From: Balanoglossus misakiensis
Lineage: Eukaryota; Animalia; Hemichordata
Assembly: GCA_040954595.2 (NCBI GenBank)
Contig: CM082591.2
Coordinates: 5,859,009 to 5,923,008, forward strand
Reading direction: 5' to 3'
Length of the DNA stretch: 64,000 bases
A program made the translations under genes and the position numbers. Under the pieces are notes generated by a model that made no database searches, was not told where the DNA came from, and saw nothing but the letters and a program-made list of their open reading frames with translations. This document shows positions 1-13,216 of the stretch, piece after piece. Within the stretch, counting starts at the first letter, position 1; every line of letters begins with the position of its first letter.

Positions 1-128
1 ATGGCGACGGTAGACTTGTTGGTATTGGAACAACTTGCGGACTCTGGCAACGTCCACAGTACAAATCGTTTTGGAAAGGCGAGATAGCCAACAGTCGATG
101 TATGACGTCAGTGTCTTTCATCAACTGA
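1..128 (+). CDS. 3' end of the propeller exon of a further paralog of the type II membrane family (gene continues upstream of the window)
   Basis: Reads GDGRLVGIGTTCGLWQRPQYKSFWKGEIANSRCMTSVSFIN*, colinear with 5641-5768; followed by the same TGAG|GTAATT donor and 3'UTR. Confidence 0.85.
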   Translation, partial: GDGRLVGIGTTCGLWQRPQYKSFWKGEIANSRCMTSVSFIN

Positions 129-2069
129 GGTAATTATTTCATTTAAACAATTATATGATTTCCATACTGTTAGAAAGTCGTGTAAAAGATAAATCTGCAT
201 GATGCACAGCAGACATTTACGATCACTTTCTCAGATTGCAATTTTGTATTTTAATTTCAGGAACGAAGTTTGGTCATGACGTCATTGGACAGGGAATGGT
301 CAAGGCTGGCGTATATTATATAATTTCTTTCAAGTGTAAAATTTAGTGTAATTTCAATATGTGCCTGCTTTCTTCAATAATACAAGGAAACTGTAATCGT
401 AATAGTTGACATGTTGATCGTAACCTTTAACATGGTACTATTATGAAATGGGTCCGATGATAAAGTTTAACAAGACCAACGAATGACATGAAATGATTCT
501 ATCATATTTGTCATGACAACTACATGTATTAGATTCATTGGCAAACAAGCCTTAAAACTTTAATCATCTTAAGCACGTTTCAAATGTTCAAGATCATTTA
601 TTGTAAAGATTTTCAAAAGATATTGCATGTCAAGCTTTTTACAATGCCTGCTGTAAAGTCAGAAGTTGTTTGATGATGCCTAAAGGGAGGCTTATACGTG
701 TATATCCCTTGCCTTTCTACAATGTAGCTAATATTAAAAAGTCCATATGCCTTCACAGATCAAACAGTGCCGATGACACAATGTGTATCTCTAGACTGTG
801 GTAGTGACATTGAACATGTCAGACGGACATTCTGTGTACAACTTACTTGTATGTTGCACTCGGAAACAGAAAACTGAAATGTAGTTGGCTGTCTTATGTT
901 ATTTGAATGGACAGGTCCAAACGGCTTATCAATACTTACATACTTCTGCTTTCATAGAATTTCGACACAGCTTGCAAGAAGTAGATTAGTTTTTTTGTTG
1001 ACTGTTGACTGGCCCCGAGTCACGGTGCTGGTAAATTATACTTAGCCAGGAATTCAATATCTACATGTAGCATGTGACGTGATAGTACTCCACACGCTTC
1101 TGTTGTATAGTTCTTCAACGCCTTTCAGTTCCATGGTCAGCCACTGTAGGCATTGACTTTCATCTTGTATGCTTCTCATCATTGACTTGTGTCGTCAGAT
1201 AACATGACATTACGTTTGACATTAAAGTATTGACATTAAAGTATTGAACTCTTGATTTGAACTTTGACCATCTAATTATAGTAAACTGACGAAAACGGTA
1301 TACGACGGAACACTATTCACTATTTTTAAAAAAAAAACATAGTCCAGTGCGTTGTGTTTCAATTGAGACCACTACATGTATTGGGTACAAGTACACTTTC
1401 ACATATATCCCTCCCTAAGGAAAATGAACAGACTATGCGGCTCGCTAATAGCAGAACACTGGAGGTTACTGAAGCGAGCAACTTGAGAAGGCAGGCCTGT
1501 GGCAAATTTTAACACCCTTCTAAGTTCTAAACTCCACCATGAAAGCAAGCATTCTTGCATGGCTTGCTATAACCTAAGGACACAGTGGAAAAGAATGAAC
1601 CGGTAGACCCCGACTCTTACTTGTCAGAGCAGATTATATTTATACATGAAATGTTCCCTTTCCCTCGGGGAGGATATATGAGACATTGTACCCAATAAAT
1701 GTTCATGGTAGTAGTCTCAATTGAAACACGATAAACTGGACTGTGTTCTTTTTTTAAAATAGTGAATAGTGTTCCGTCGGCTCCAGTTAAAGTACATTTA
1801 CCTCAACAGATGAACGTTTTATAGAATTCTTAACTAAATTTGTGTTGCTTGGCTACGTTTTGCCGCCCAGAGTTATTTTCCTGTGTCCAAGGTGGTGCGG
1901 CCATCGGTAACAGATTTTCGGTAAAATGATAGCCCTCCTAACTTTCTAAGTCTTTGCTGTTTAATAAGTGTTGCGTGTGATTTCGGAAGATTAGAAAAGC
2001 TCCTCGCTCGACGGTGAAGCAGCGTGATAGCACGGAGAGGGACATAACCGAATTTATTTTACTTCCAAG

Positions 2070-2184
2070 ATGAAAAACAGTAAAGTAGCGCCATTTAGGA
2101 ATAAGGTGGGTGTGATCATGGACTTGAAAAGTAGAATTGTAGTCGCATACAATATGCTGAGGGGGAGAGAGAGGGAGAGAGAGA

Positions 2185-2251
<67 letters not shown>

Positions 2252-5200
2252 GGACAGACAGACAGACTGACAGAGATGTGAAGAGATACAGTAATATTGT
2301 TTCAATTCTTTAGGCAGATGCAACGAAAAATAAAGCAAGAAGAATTGCCATCGGAATATTTATTGCAGTAACAGGATTATTCATCGCAGGAGCTGGTCTG
2401 TTTTTTGGTATATATGTTGATTTTTTTCTTTAAGTGATAGAGGAGGTGAACCGTCGACTAGCGTACGTGTGAAGTGTTTATTATCAAGGGTTAGAAAGAT
2501 GTTTCCACTTCTACTTATACATGCATACTACAAATCTTCAATAGGTGTCATTAATACTCTTTACACTAATTTCGCTTATGCATTGGTAATTGATCTGACT
2601 TGACGGCTGGTAGCACCGTTATTTGCTGTCTGTGTCTTTAAGAAATATGTCTTAGTGTTAACTGATTGTATTAAGGAGTATTTCAGGGAGTAAGTTGAAC
2701 ATGTATTTTTTAAACGGTGTGTATGGGTGACGTTAATGGTTAGACTCTATGGCAGTCGCTGTGCCTGTCGATAAGAATGGAACTTTCATCATACTGCGTG
2801 CGACGCGTCGCCAGGCAAAGCGTCGGGTCCACAGGACGTTCAATACGTAACGCGGACGCGCATTTCAGTATCACACAGTCCTGGAGCAAGACTCGGTAGT
2901 TAATGGTGGACATGCATTGTTATTTTTAAGGTGGATTGTCCAAGGCTCTGAATGAAATGTCTTACCAAAAAGAAGACCAGATACCAGCAGATAATGCTAC
3001 TTCTGTTACAGTAGATACAACAGTGGCAAGGACATTGCAGCCAACAGTTGGAGGTAAACGCCAACAAAAGACAGAACGTTTCTGGCTGATGATTTTTTTT
3101 CTCTTTATGCGTTGTCCATGTAGGCCACATTTCTCTGATATATGAGTATCGTTGTACATCAAAGGTGTGTGGGGGGGGGGGGTTGCACATATTGCTGTCT
3201 TTTCCACAGTTCACTCTTAGACAGGACATATCCAGCGAGTTTGGAAAATTGGGTCTAATTAATGTTTCCCAGGTCTGCGAAAAATTCAAGACGTCTGTTG
3301 TGATCAAAACACTAAAAGTGTTTTATTTCTTTTCTTGTATTATAAATTGTTGTTTAATCTGTAATCATCTTATTAGAATTGGTTCGAGTGCGAGCTTCGA
3401 GTGTCGATCCGTTGCGAATCAATGGGAGTTTCGACGCAGTCATGGGAATGCCCAACGAGTTTTCTCTGTGGTTGTCACTGGCTATAGCAGACAGCAACAC
3501 GGGATTCATATCGGGTCAAGCGAAGGATCTGTTCAAAGTTGAGGTGTTCCTCTCCGCTTCGAGCAATGGCAGCAACGCCAATGGGGAAAGATATGAAGCG
3601 AATGTTACGTCCGGTGAAATAACCCTCCAATCAAGTACAGTTGTCCTGATCTCAGCCTCTGCAAATATTGACCTCTCATCCGGGATCTGTGGTAACTTCT
3701 CTCACATCTGCGCCGAGGTGTCACCGGCAGAAAATTCTGGCTGGATTTGGGAAGGGTCCTCAACACTCCTTGGCCCCATGTGTCGCCCTTTTAGTTCTTG
3801 CAGATGTAAGTATTAGTGCGTGTTTGTGTATTATTAGAAATATGCACCATTGAAAACAATATGATTGTTACTTAGTAGCAAACAAAGCGTTGCTTCATTT
3901 TTATATCAATTTCCAATTGGCTTACAGTATAACCAAAAACATTCAAAACAATGAGGATTTAACTACTGTTACAATAGATACAACACACCCGAGGAGATAG
4001 GTATTTTTAACCAGGATTGTTTGTATTAAAGGTTTGTGAAGTCCATTCTATGTAAGAAATCACACTGTTTCAAAAAACACAGTCTTGTTGACCCAACCCA
4101 AGACAAAATCTCCTCTTTGACAATATTTGCCCAAAAGGGCCATTTTAGACAAAATTTAAAACAAACTGTTTTCTTCATATTTTGAGATCTGATGATATAC
4201 GGAAAGTCAATTCTATGTGAATATGGTGACTATTAACAAGTAGATAGTCTTGTTGACTCCACTCAATACAAAAGTGCCATTTTCAGCCAGGGGCCAAAAA
4301 AGGTTCAGAACCACCTGTTATAGGCTGTTTCTAAACAAGGCAAATGCTAGTTTTACCCCTCCCTGAACTTGAAATGAATCAAACTTTAAAGGGACAAAGT
4401 CTCTCTCTAGCTGCCCCTTTCTCCTATGAAAGACGCCCCCTTTTGTGGCTTTACGAAGACTGGTGTTTCTCACAAACTGTGTTCAGGTGACGACTTGTAC
4501 ACGTGAGTTAAAGAGAATTAAAATCATGGTTTCTAACCGTAATCTTAACTGCTATATTCCTTCCATCTAGTTCAAGTGGCCCCGGCAACTCAGAGCCCAT
4601 TGCAAGTTAGCGGAACAGTTGATGTTGTTATGGGAGTACCGAATGATTTCGATCTGTCAGTTACAATCACCACAGCATCTCACAGTACAGGATTGCTGTC
4701 TGGTCAACTGGTGGATCTGCTGAAAGTTGACGCGTTCTTGACGGGCTCGACCAACGGTGACAGAGTTGAAGCAAACTTGCCAGCGGATCCCATGACCTTT
4801 CGAACAAATGCGCTTATCAACTTCGCGATCACGACAAGTTTTGACCTGTCCCAAGTAAATTGCGAGAGTTTCACTCATATCTGCGTCGAAGTGTCACCGA
4901 CAGCACACAGTAACTGGTTTTGGTATGGACCAAACGACCAGATTGGCCCTGGTTGTGTACCGTTTACTTCCTGCAGGAGTGGTAAGTAGATAAGGGATTT
5001 CAGTGACACGTGTCATGCAACACGGTTGTGTAATACAGAGATTCACATCAGCAAGAAGAAGCACCATTTGATCCTAGCCCTAAGAATCGAGAAAACAAGA
5101 CATTAAACAATAACCGAGTATCAGGTTTGCCATGTTACGGATATTCATTAGTTGTGTATTAATTCACAGCTGAACCGATGTATGGGGTTGGAACAGACCA

Positions 5201-5768
5201 ACTGATATATAAACGTGAAGATATTGAAGGGACATGGACTGGGCCTCTCCCGGACTCTTGTTGCATGATCACCCTCACTGTCCTTGCGGATGGTACAATA
5301 GTTGGTGTTGGTACTGGAAACCAGCTTCATACTAAAACCAGTGAAGCCGCTGCATGGGTAGGACCTGTAGCCAACAGCTGCTGCGTGATAGACATCACTG
5401 CTCTGCCAGATGGTACAATCGTTGGTATTGATGAGGGGAAAAGGTTGAGGACGCGTCCTGGTGTCGAGGGGACATGGAGTGGTCCCGCAGATTCCAGTTG
5501 CTGCGTCCGGTCTATATCACCCCTTCCGAGTGGCCAACTGCTCGGTGTGGGCACGAGAGGGAAATTATGGATACGTGGCGGCGTAGAAGGAAGCTGGTCC
5601 AAGGTAGACAATAAGGGCGATGCCAGTGACATATCCGTTAATGGCGACGGTAGACTTGTTGGTATTGGAAGAACTTGCGGACTCTGGCAACGGCCACAGT
5701 ACCAATCCAGCTGGGTGGGCGAGATAGCCAACAGTCGATGTATGACGTCAGTGTCGTTCATCAACTGA
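2070..5768 (+). CDS. Gene A: type II membrane protein (~563 aa), TM + stalk + 2 unassigned Cys-containing domains + 5-repeat beta-propeller-like head. Exons 2070-2105, 2314-2407, 2931-3053, 3377-3805, 4571-4981, 5170-5768
   Basis: All junctions GT-AG with compatible phases (0,1,1,1,1), no internal stops. MKNSKVAPFRNK/ADATKNKARR then hydrophobic IAIGIFIAVTGLFIAGAGLFFGG; last exon has five ~40-aa repeats (GVGT...W.GP...SCC). Confidence 0.85.
2161..2270. repeat. Compound (GA)n/(GT)n/(GACA)n microsatellite in intron 1 of gene A
   Basis: Direct reading; shorter versions at the paralogous sites ~12250-12300 and ~14263-14307. Confidence 0.95.
2741..2898. mobile_element. Small insertion with 9-bp target site duplication
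   Basis: GTTAATGGT at 2732-2740 and 2899-2907; absent from the paralogous introns of B and C. Confidence 0.6.
4419..4508 (+). pseudogene. Relic 3' fragment of a family exon (homolog of gene D exon 5) inside intron 4 of gene A
   Basis: Matches the reverse complement of ~26473-26563 (SPMKDAPLLWLYEDWC...VTTCT|GTGAGT) with small indels and no 5' part. Confidence 0.85.
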
Positions 5769-8225
5769 GGTAATTATTCCATTTAAATAATTATATTTTG
5801 ATAATAGGGAATAACAGATGGGCAGTCGCTCATATTTATTTACTTTTAATTTTATTTGCTTGTTTGAAATGCAAAGACTAACTAGACCTACTTGCAAATC
5901 ATCTCATTTTAAATATCGTGTCTTAAATTGTAAAAAAAAAATTTCTGAGAATTAGTTTCACTTTATGAGATGGGCACCAGGAAACAATAGCAACAGGTGC
6001 ACACGATTTTATCAATTATTTGATTTTAAATTTAAATTTTAACATTATTGAGCTTGCAGGAGCCCCATGCATGATTTCCTTACTGTTACAAAGTCGTTTA
6101 AAAAGATAAATTTGCCTGATGCACAGCAGGCATTTACGAACACTTTCTCAGATTGCAATGTTGTATTTATTTTATTTTCAGGTACGAAGCGTGGTCATGA
6201 CGTCATTGGACAGGGAATGGTCAAGGCTGACGTTAATTATATAACTTCTTTCAAGTGTAACATTTAGTGTAATTTCAATATGTGCCTGCTTTCTTCAATA
6301 ATACAAGGAAACTGTAATCGTAATAGTTGACATGTTGATCGTAACCTTTAACATGGTACTATTATGAAATGGGCCCGATGATAAAATTTAACACGACCAA
6401 CGAATGACATGAAATGATTCTATCATATTTGTCATGACAACTACATGTATTACGATTCATTGGCAAACAAGCCTCAAAACTTTAATCATCTTAAGCACGT
6501 TTCAACTGTTCAAGATCATTTATTGTAAAGATTTTCAAAAGATATTGCATGCCAAGCTTTTTACAATGCCTGCTGTAAAGTCAGACGTTCTTTGATGATG
6601 CCTAAAGGGAGGCTTGCGTGAGTATATCTCTTGCTTTTCTACAATATAGCTAATATTCAAAAAATTACCTATGCATTCATAGATCAAACAGTGCCGATGA
6701 CACATTGTGTATATCTAGACTGTGGTAGTGACATTGAACATGTCAGACGGACATTCTGTGTACAACTTACTTGTATGTTGCACTCGGAAACAGAAAACTG
6801 AAATGTAGTTGGCTGTCTTATGTTATTTGAATGGAGAGGTCCAAACGGCTTATCAATACTTACATACTTCTGCTTTCATAGAATTTCGACACAGCTTGCA
6901 AGAAGTAGATTTAGTTTTTTTGTTGACTGTTGACTGGCCCCGAGTCGCGGTGCTGGTAAATTATACTTAGCCAGGAATTCAATATTTACATGTAGCATGT
7001 CACGTGATAGTACTCCGCACGCTTCTGTTGTATACTTCTTCAACGCATTTCAGTTCCATGGTCAGCCACTGTAGGCACTGACTTTCATCTTGTATGCTTC
7101 TCATCATTGAATTGTATCGTCAGATAACATGAGATCCTTTACGTTTGACATTGAAGTATTGAACTCTTGGACTGAACTTTGACCATCTAATTAGTTAACT
7201 GACGATAACGGTATACGATAAGAAACATACAATATAAAATTCGTTCAAAACAGTTTATATACGTTTTATGAATTAGAAGATTCGAAGTAAATTAAAATAG
7301 TGACTGAACACCATTCATTTCAATGCATGCTGTGAGTTGTGTAGATCCTTGACGCACTGCCCCACGGCAGACTCCTATTGTAGGAAACTAAACCTTGGAG
7401 GAAATCAAAAACTCGAGCGTCAGTTTGAAACTGACACGCGCGTTTTTTTGGTGAATTTTATTTACCGGCTGTTGATAGTGTAGATACAATGCAAGAGTAT
7501 ACTCTTACAGACATGGCCTTGGTCGCATGTGAAAAGAACATGATTACAAGTTTTGAAAACATGTGTGTAACTGATTTTATTCACGTTAGTATTTGAGTGA
7601 TGCGCTATATTTTGACGAGTTTTGCTGCAAAGAAACAAAATATGGTCACATCACGAGAATGCAACGCAATATCCGTCAAAATTCGTGTAGAAACCCTTAT
7701 CATACATGCATACCTATAAATTGTACGATTTGCGGAAAATCAGATAAACAATTTCGAGACCAGAAATTTAAACCTTGTGCTTTGTGCCTGTAAGAATACT
7801 TATCGGTTATTAAACATTATTTACATTAATCATGTTTGATACAAGACACAGTTTATGTTATTCTTTTATCTATCTAGCCTTTATTTGACCAAGAGAAAGT
7901 CGACGAAGCATGCATGCATGCATATATATGATAGCTTGCTGCGCTCGCACTCAGGTCAAACCTGTTACATATTACAGTTCTGACAAGTAAATATTTTTGT
8001 TCAAACTTGTTCAAGGTGATTAATAACCCTCCCACTCAGTTTTTCATCTGTTTATAAACCCCAGCTATCCACCCACCCAGCTAATTGTTAACGATCAGGA
8101 TCTTAATGTCACCATTTCTACTAGCGTTCAGATAAAGTCATTGTACGCTATATCATCTTGTGGCAAACGCATTTGATTGACTGGATCCTAGTCTGATATT
8201 CTCACCAAGAACACCTGGATCTGAA

Positions 8226-8689
8226 TATTATGAGGTTATTACGAAAATACCGCAAAGTATGCACGAGGACATTAGCGCCAAGTATCGCTCGACGCGTAGC
8301 GGATGGCGATGCGCTGCGCTAATGTCCGAGTGCATACTTTGCGGTACGGTATTTTCGTAATAACCTTATTATTATACATCTTACATCTCCGTTAGTTCTT
8401 GTGTTGCATGTTACTTGGCTTTCAAAACGCCCCAAATGCCGATACAATCGATCGAAAACCGCTCAGTTGACTCAGTGAGCAGCCATCTTTCTTTTTTGTT
8501 TACGTGTGCGCACGTGCGTTGGAGTGGGGGCGCCTTGAAACCGTCCGCATAACCACGTATACCTGTACACGGTGAGTTGGGGCGCCTTGAAACTTAAGGC
8601 TTATTTAACGCGCGTTCCGTACGTACCGTTCCGTACGGCTTTTTATTGCACGCCAAAATCTATTGTTCTCGGCACTAGATGTATAATAA
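8226..8689. mobile_element. Non-autonomous palindromic element: ~150-bp hairpin followed by a segment bounded by a second inverted repeat
   Basis: AGGTTATTACGAAAATACCG...CGGTATTTTCGTAATAACCT hairpin, then TTATTATACATCT...AGATGTATAATAA inverted pair. Confidence 0.65.
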
Positions 8690-8892
8690 TTAGTAGAGAA
8701 CATGCCTCAAATGGAACACACATTATGAATTCTACTGGCAGTGGCATAAAATGGCACGATTTTAGAAATTCTAGCTCAGCTGGCATTTTCTGGAACAGTG
8801 ACCCTTGAACTGACATGATTTATTCCCAACCAAACAACGGATTTGGAAAAAATAAACTGTTTATCTTTATCAAGTAAAATCATGTTATAGTT

Positions 8893-9068
8893 AGGTTATA
8901 AACAGTGCGCCTGGGTATTTGGTACGGATATAAGACCTCTCAGGTAAATTAGCATATTTGGCGGGGAATAATATTTCCTCGGTGATTATTTCCCGCCAAA
9001 TATGCTAATTTTCACGAGCGAGGTCTTATATCTGCAACCAAATACCCTCGCTAGCTGTTTATAGCCTC
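8893..9068. repeat. ~175-bp imperfect palindrome (MITE-like)
   Basis: Arms TATAAACAG..GGGTATTTGGT..GATATAAGACCTC..AATTAGCATATTTGGCGGG mirrored in reverse complement. Confidence 0.75.
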
Positions 9069-9484
9069 TTATTAAATTTGTCTGACCCACTTAATCAAAA
9101 AGGTTCTCCCCATAAACGTTCAGATAAATCTAACAAATACAAAATATCAGTTTTCCATAAACAAAAATCAGTTGTCGAGGTTTGACTTTGACAATCGCCA
9201 AGGTTTATCCATCCATTTATTCACCCGGCCGCCTAACCATCCATCCTAGATACATCAATCTGTCCATCCAACAATATAGCCTTTCTCTCCCTATGTCGGT
9301 GTCACATACTCTACTTTTCATGAATAAACCTTCAGATCGCATAAATGCTTCCATATTTTTATCCGTTTAATCATTCCTGATTACGTGTCATTCGACTCTA
9401 TAAAAATCACAACCCAGGAGAAATGTTCAGAACGAAGGTATAGTCTTCTCGGCATTCACTGGGTAAAGTGGTTTCCAAGGCAAT

Positions 9485-12391
9485 TTATTCTGGATAAAAC
9501 AGAAACAAGATAATAAGTATTATGAATATTTAGAAGAAATAAAGTAAGATATGTGTATCCATCAATCCATCCATATAACATCAATCGATCATTCATTCCC
9601 CCATTCCGCCAATCAGTCATTCAGTTGGTCTGTCTTTTCTGTATATTTTATCTTTAATTTGCTCAATCTTACACTAAAAGTCCCTCTTTCATCAATGTGA
9701 CTTTCTATTTATTCAAGCAACGATCAATGTACAGAATCGACTCCAACCAAATCACCGCCGATCTTCCTGTGTCAAACGAGAGCGCACGCTTGCTCTTAAC
9801 TAATACATTGGAATTTCAACATTTGTTACAATGTTGTTCACAGAATCGACTACACACGTGTGATGTTGCAGTCCTCGTGTAACTATAAGACTCACCACAA
9901 AAAAATCACAAGATAACATTTGGTATTTAATCAGATTGAGGGTTACCTGATCTCTGGACGACTCCTGACACAGCGACTGACACTCGTCTTTTAATGGGAA
10001 TTCGATTCTTCAACCAACAAGCGCCAGTAGCTTTGTTGAAAGTCCAGGCGCGACAAAGCACGTTACCCTTGCAGTCTTCACAACACGCGTCAGCGTTATC
10101 TTTCCTATTTTGCCGACCTTTGTTGATGTCACTTCCGGCTCTGTCATAACCATCCTCCTTGTTACAAGCTGTCGGCCAACATAATATCTGTAATTAATGC
10201 TTGATTCATTTAATGTTCAGGCTGGGTAAAACTGGCATTAGACTCTCTCACAGCCCACGGTTCGCTATGCTCCCTCAACCGTTTGGCAAAGGAGAAGCAC
10301 CGTCTGGTGTTGTGTAGCAGACTATAAGCCTGCATTGACAACGAGAGGGGCTGTGAGAGAATCTAAACTGGCATTTGCTTGGTTTAGAAACAGCCACTAA
10401 CAGGTGATTTTGAACCTTTGTTGACCCCAATAAGTGGCCAAAATGGCATTTTTATATTGAGTGGGGCCGATAAGACTATTTGATTATTAATAGTCTCCAT
10501 TTTCAGAATAGACTTTTCGTACATCACCAGATCACCAAATATGAAGAAAATAGTTTGTTTTAATTTTGTCTAAAATGACCCGTTTGGGCAAATATTGTCA
10601 AAGAGGCAATTTTGTTTTGTGCGGGGTCAACCAAAGTTTACATCGAATGAGCATATCCATACGTCATCAGATCCCCGAAAGTGAAAATACAGTTTGTTTT
10701 TAATGTTTTCAAAAGGTGACTCTTTTGGGGCAAAAGTTTCCAAAAGGGCAATTTTGTCTTAAGTTGGGTCAATAAGACTGCTTTTATGAATCAGTGTAAT
10801 TTTTTTTACATAGAATGGACATCTGAAACCTTCATTGCCAAAGTAACAATCATATTGTTTTCAATGATGCATATTTCTAATAATACACAGACACGCACTA
10901 ATACTACATGGTACTTACGTCTGCAAGAACTAAAAGGCCGACACACGGGGCCTAGGAGTGTTGAGGACCCTTCCCAAATCCAGCCAGAATTTTCTGCCGG
11001 TGACACCTCGGTGCAGATGTGAGAGAAGTTACCACAGATCCCGGATGAGAGGTCAATATTTGCAGAGGCTGAGATCAGGACAACTGTACTTGATTGGAGA
11101 GTTATTTCACCGGACGTAACATTCGCTTCATATCTTTCCCCATTGGCGTTGCTGCCATTGCTCGAAGCGGAGAGGAACACCTCAACTTTGAACAGATCCT
11201 TCGCTTGACCTGATATTAATCCTGTGTTGTTGCTTGCTATAGTCAGTAACAACGGTAGAAGAAACTCGTTGGGCTCTCCCATGACAACGTCGAAACTCCC
11301 ATTGATTCGCAACGGATCAACACTTGAAGCTCGCACTCGAACCAATTCTAATAAGATGATTACAGATTAAACAACAATTTAAAATACAAGAAAAGAAATA
11401 AAACACTTTTAGTGTTTTGATCACAAAAGACGTCTTGAATTTTTCGCAGACCTGGGAAACATTAATTTGACCCTATTTTCCAAAATCGCTGGATATGTCC
11501 TGTCTAAGAGTGAACTGTGGAAAAGACAGCAATATGTGCAACCCCCCCCCCCCACCTTTGATGTACAACATTACTCATATATCAGAGAAATGTGGCCTAC
11601 ATGAACAACGCATAAAGAGAAAAAAAATCATCAGCCAGAAACGTTCTGTCTTTTGTTGGCGTTTACCTCCAACTGTTGGCTGCAATGTCCTTGCCACTGT
11701 AGCATTGTCTGCTGGTATCTGATCTTCTGTTTGGTTCGACATAAAATTCAGAGCCTTGGACACGCCACCTTAAAAATAACGATGCACGCCACCGCCGTTA
11801 AAATACATGTTCAACTTACTCCTTGAAATGCCCCTTATAATAAAATCACTTAACACTAAGACGTATTTCTTAAAGACACAGACAGCAAATAACGGTGCTA
11901 CCAGCCATCTAGTCAGCTCAATTACCAATGCATAAGCGAAATTAGTGTAAAGAGTATTAATGACTATTGAAGATCATCCCGTATTGTAATATTATGCATG
12001 CATAAGTAGAAGTGGAAACATCTTTCTAACCCTAGATAATAAACACTTCACGCTAGTCGACGGTTCACCTCCTCTATCACTTAAAGAAAAAAATCAACAT
12101 ATATACCGAAAAACAGACCAGCTCCTGCGATGAATAATCCTGTTACTGCGATAAGTATTCCGATGGAAATTCTTCTTGCTTTATTTTTCGTTGTATCTGC
12201 CTAAAGAATTGAAACAATATTACTGTATCTCTTCACATCTCTGTCTGTTTGTCTCTCTCTCTCACTCTCTCTCCCCCCTCTCTCTCCCTCTCTCTCTCCC
12301 TCAGCATATTGTATGCGACTACAATGCTACTTTTCAAGTCCATGATCACACTTACCTTATTCCTAAATGGCGCTACTTTACTGTTTTTCAT
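9485..12391 (-). CDS. Gene B: type II membrane protein (~295 aa), TM + stalk + 1 Cys-containing domain + 1 PAN/Apple module. Exons 12391-12356, 12200-12107, 11768-11667, 11347-10919, 10168-9947, 9489-9485
   Basis: Inverted paralog of gene A exons 1-4; PAN exon CNKEDGYDRAGSDINKG..DACCEDC..CRAWTF..CWLK..VSGVV; GT-AG and phases consistent; stop 2 nt into the terminal exon. Confidence 0.8.
10239..10365. mobile_element. 127-bp MITE with TAG...CTA ends and 9-bp TSD
   Basis: TIR TAGACTCTCTCACAGCCC / GGGCTGTGAGAGAATCTA; AACTGGCAT on both sides; empty site in paralogous introns (~4343-4355, ~17337-17347). Confidence 0.85.
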
Positions 12392-13216
12392 CATGGAAGT
12401 AAAATTAATTCGGTTTTGTCCCTCTCCGTGCTATCACGCTGCTTCACCGTCGAGCGAGGAGCTTTTCTAATCTTCCGAAATCACACGCAACACTTATTAA
12501 ACAGCAAAGACTTAGAAAGTTAGGAGGGCTATCATTTTACCGAAAATCTGTTACCGATGGCCGCACCACCTTGGACACAGGAAAATAACTCTGGGCGGCA
12601 AAACGTAGCCAAGCAAGACAAATTTAGTTAAGAATTGTATAAAACGTTCATCTGTTGAGGTAAATGTATTTTAACTGGAGCCGACGGAACACTATTCAGT
12701 ATTTTAAAAAAAGAAAATAGTCAAGTGTATCATGTTTCAATTGAGACTACTACCATGAACATGTATTGAGTACAATGTCTCATATATCCTTTCCAAGGGA
12801 AAGTGAACAATTCATGTATAAATATAATCTGCTCCGACAAGTAAGAGTAGGGGTCTACCGGTTCATTCTTTTCCACTGCGTCCTTAGGTTATAGCAAGCC
12901 ATGCAAGAATGCTTGCTTTCATGGTGGAGTTTAGAACTTAGAAGGGTGTTAAAATTTGCCACAGGCCTGCCTACTCAAATTGCTCGCTTCAGTAACCTCC
13001 AATGTTCTTCTATTAGCGAGCCGCATAATCTGTTCATTTTCCTTAGGGAGGGATATATGCGATATGGTACCTGTACCCAATACATGTAGTGTCTAAGTCT
13101 TTGCTGTTTAATATGTGTTGCGTGTGATTTCGGAAAGTTGGATAAGCTCCTCGCTCGACGGTGAAGCAGTGTGATAGCAAGGAGAGGGACAAAACCGATT
13201 TTATTTTACTTCCAAG

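Larger units (their letters stand above)
1..7218 (+). repeat. Direct segmental duplication: 1-~1310 repeated at 5641-~7218
   Basis: Near-identical colinear sequence; the first copy lacks ~270 bp of the 3'UTR intron present at ~5790-6070. Confidence 0.9.

Noticed and set aside
5327-5764. Antisense ORFs over exons (also 25771-26232, 27306-27608, 60581-60946)
   Set aside because: Shadows of the coding strand with no independent motifs
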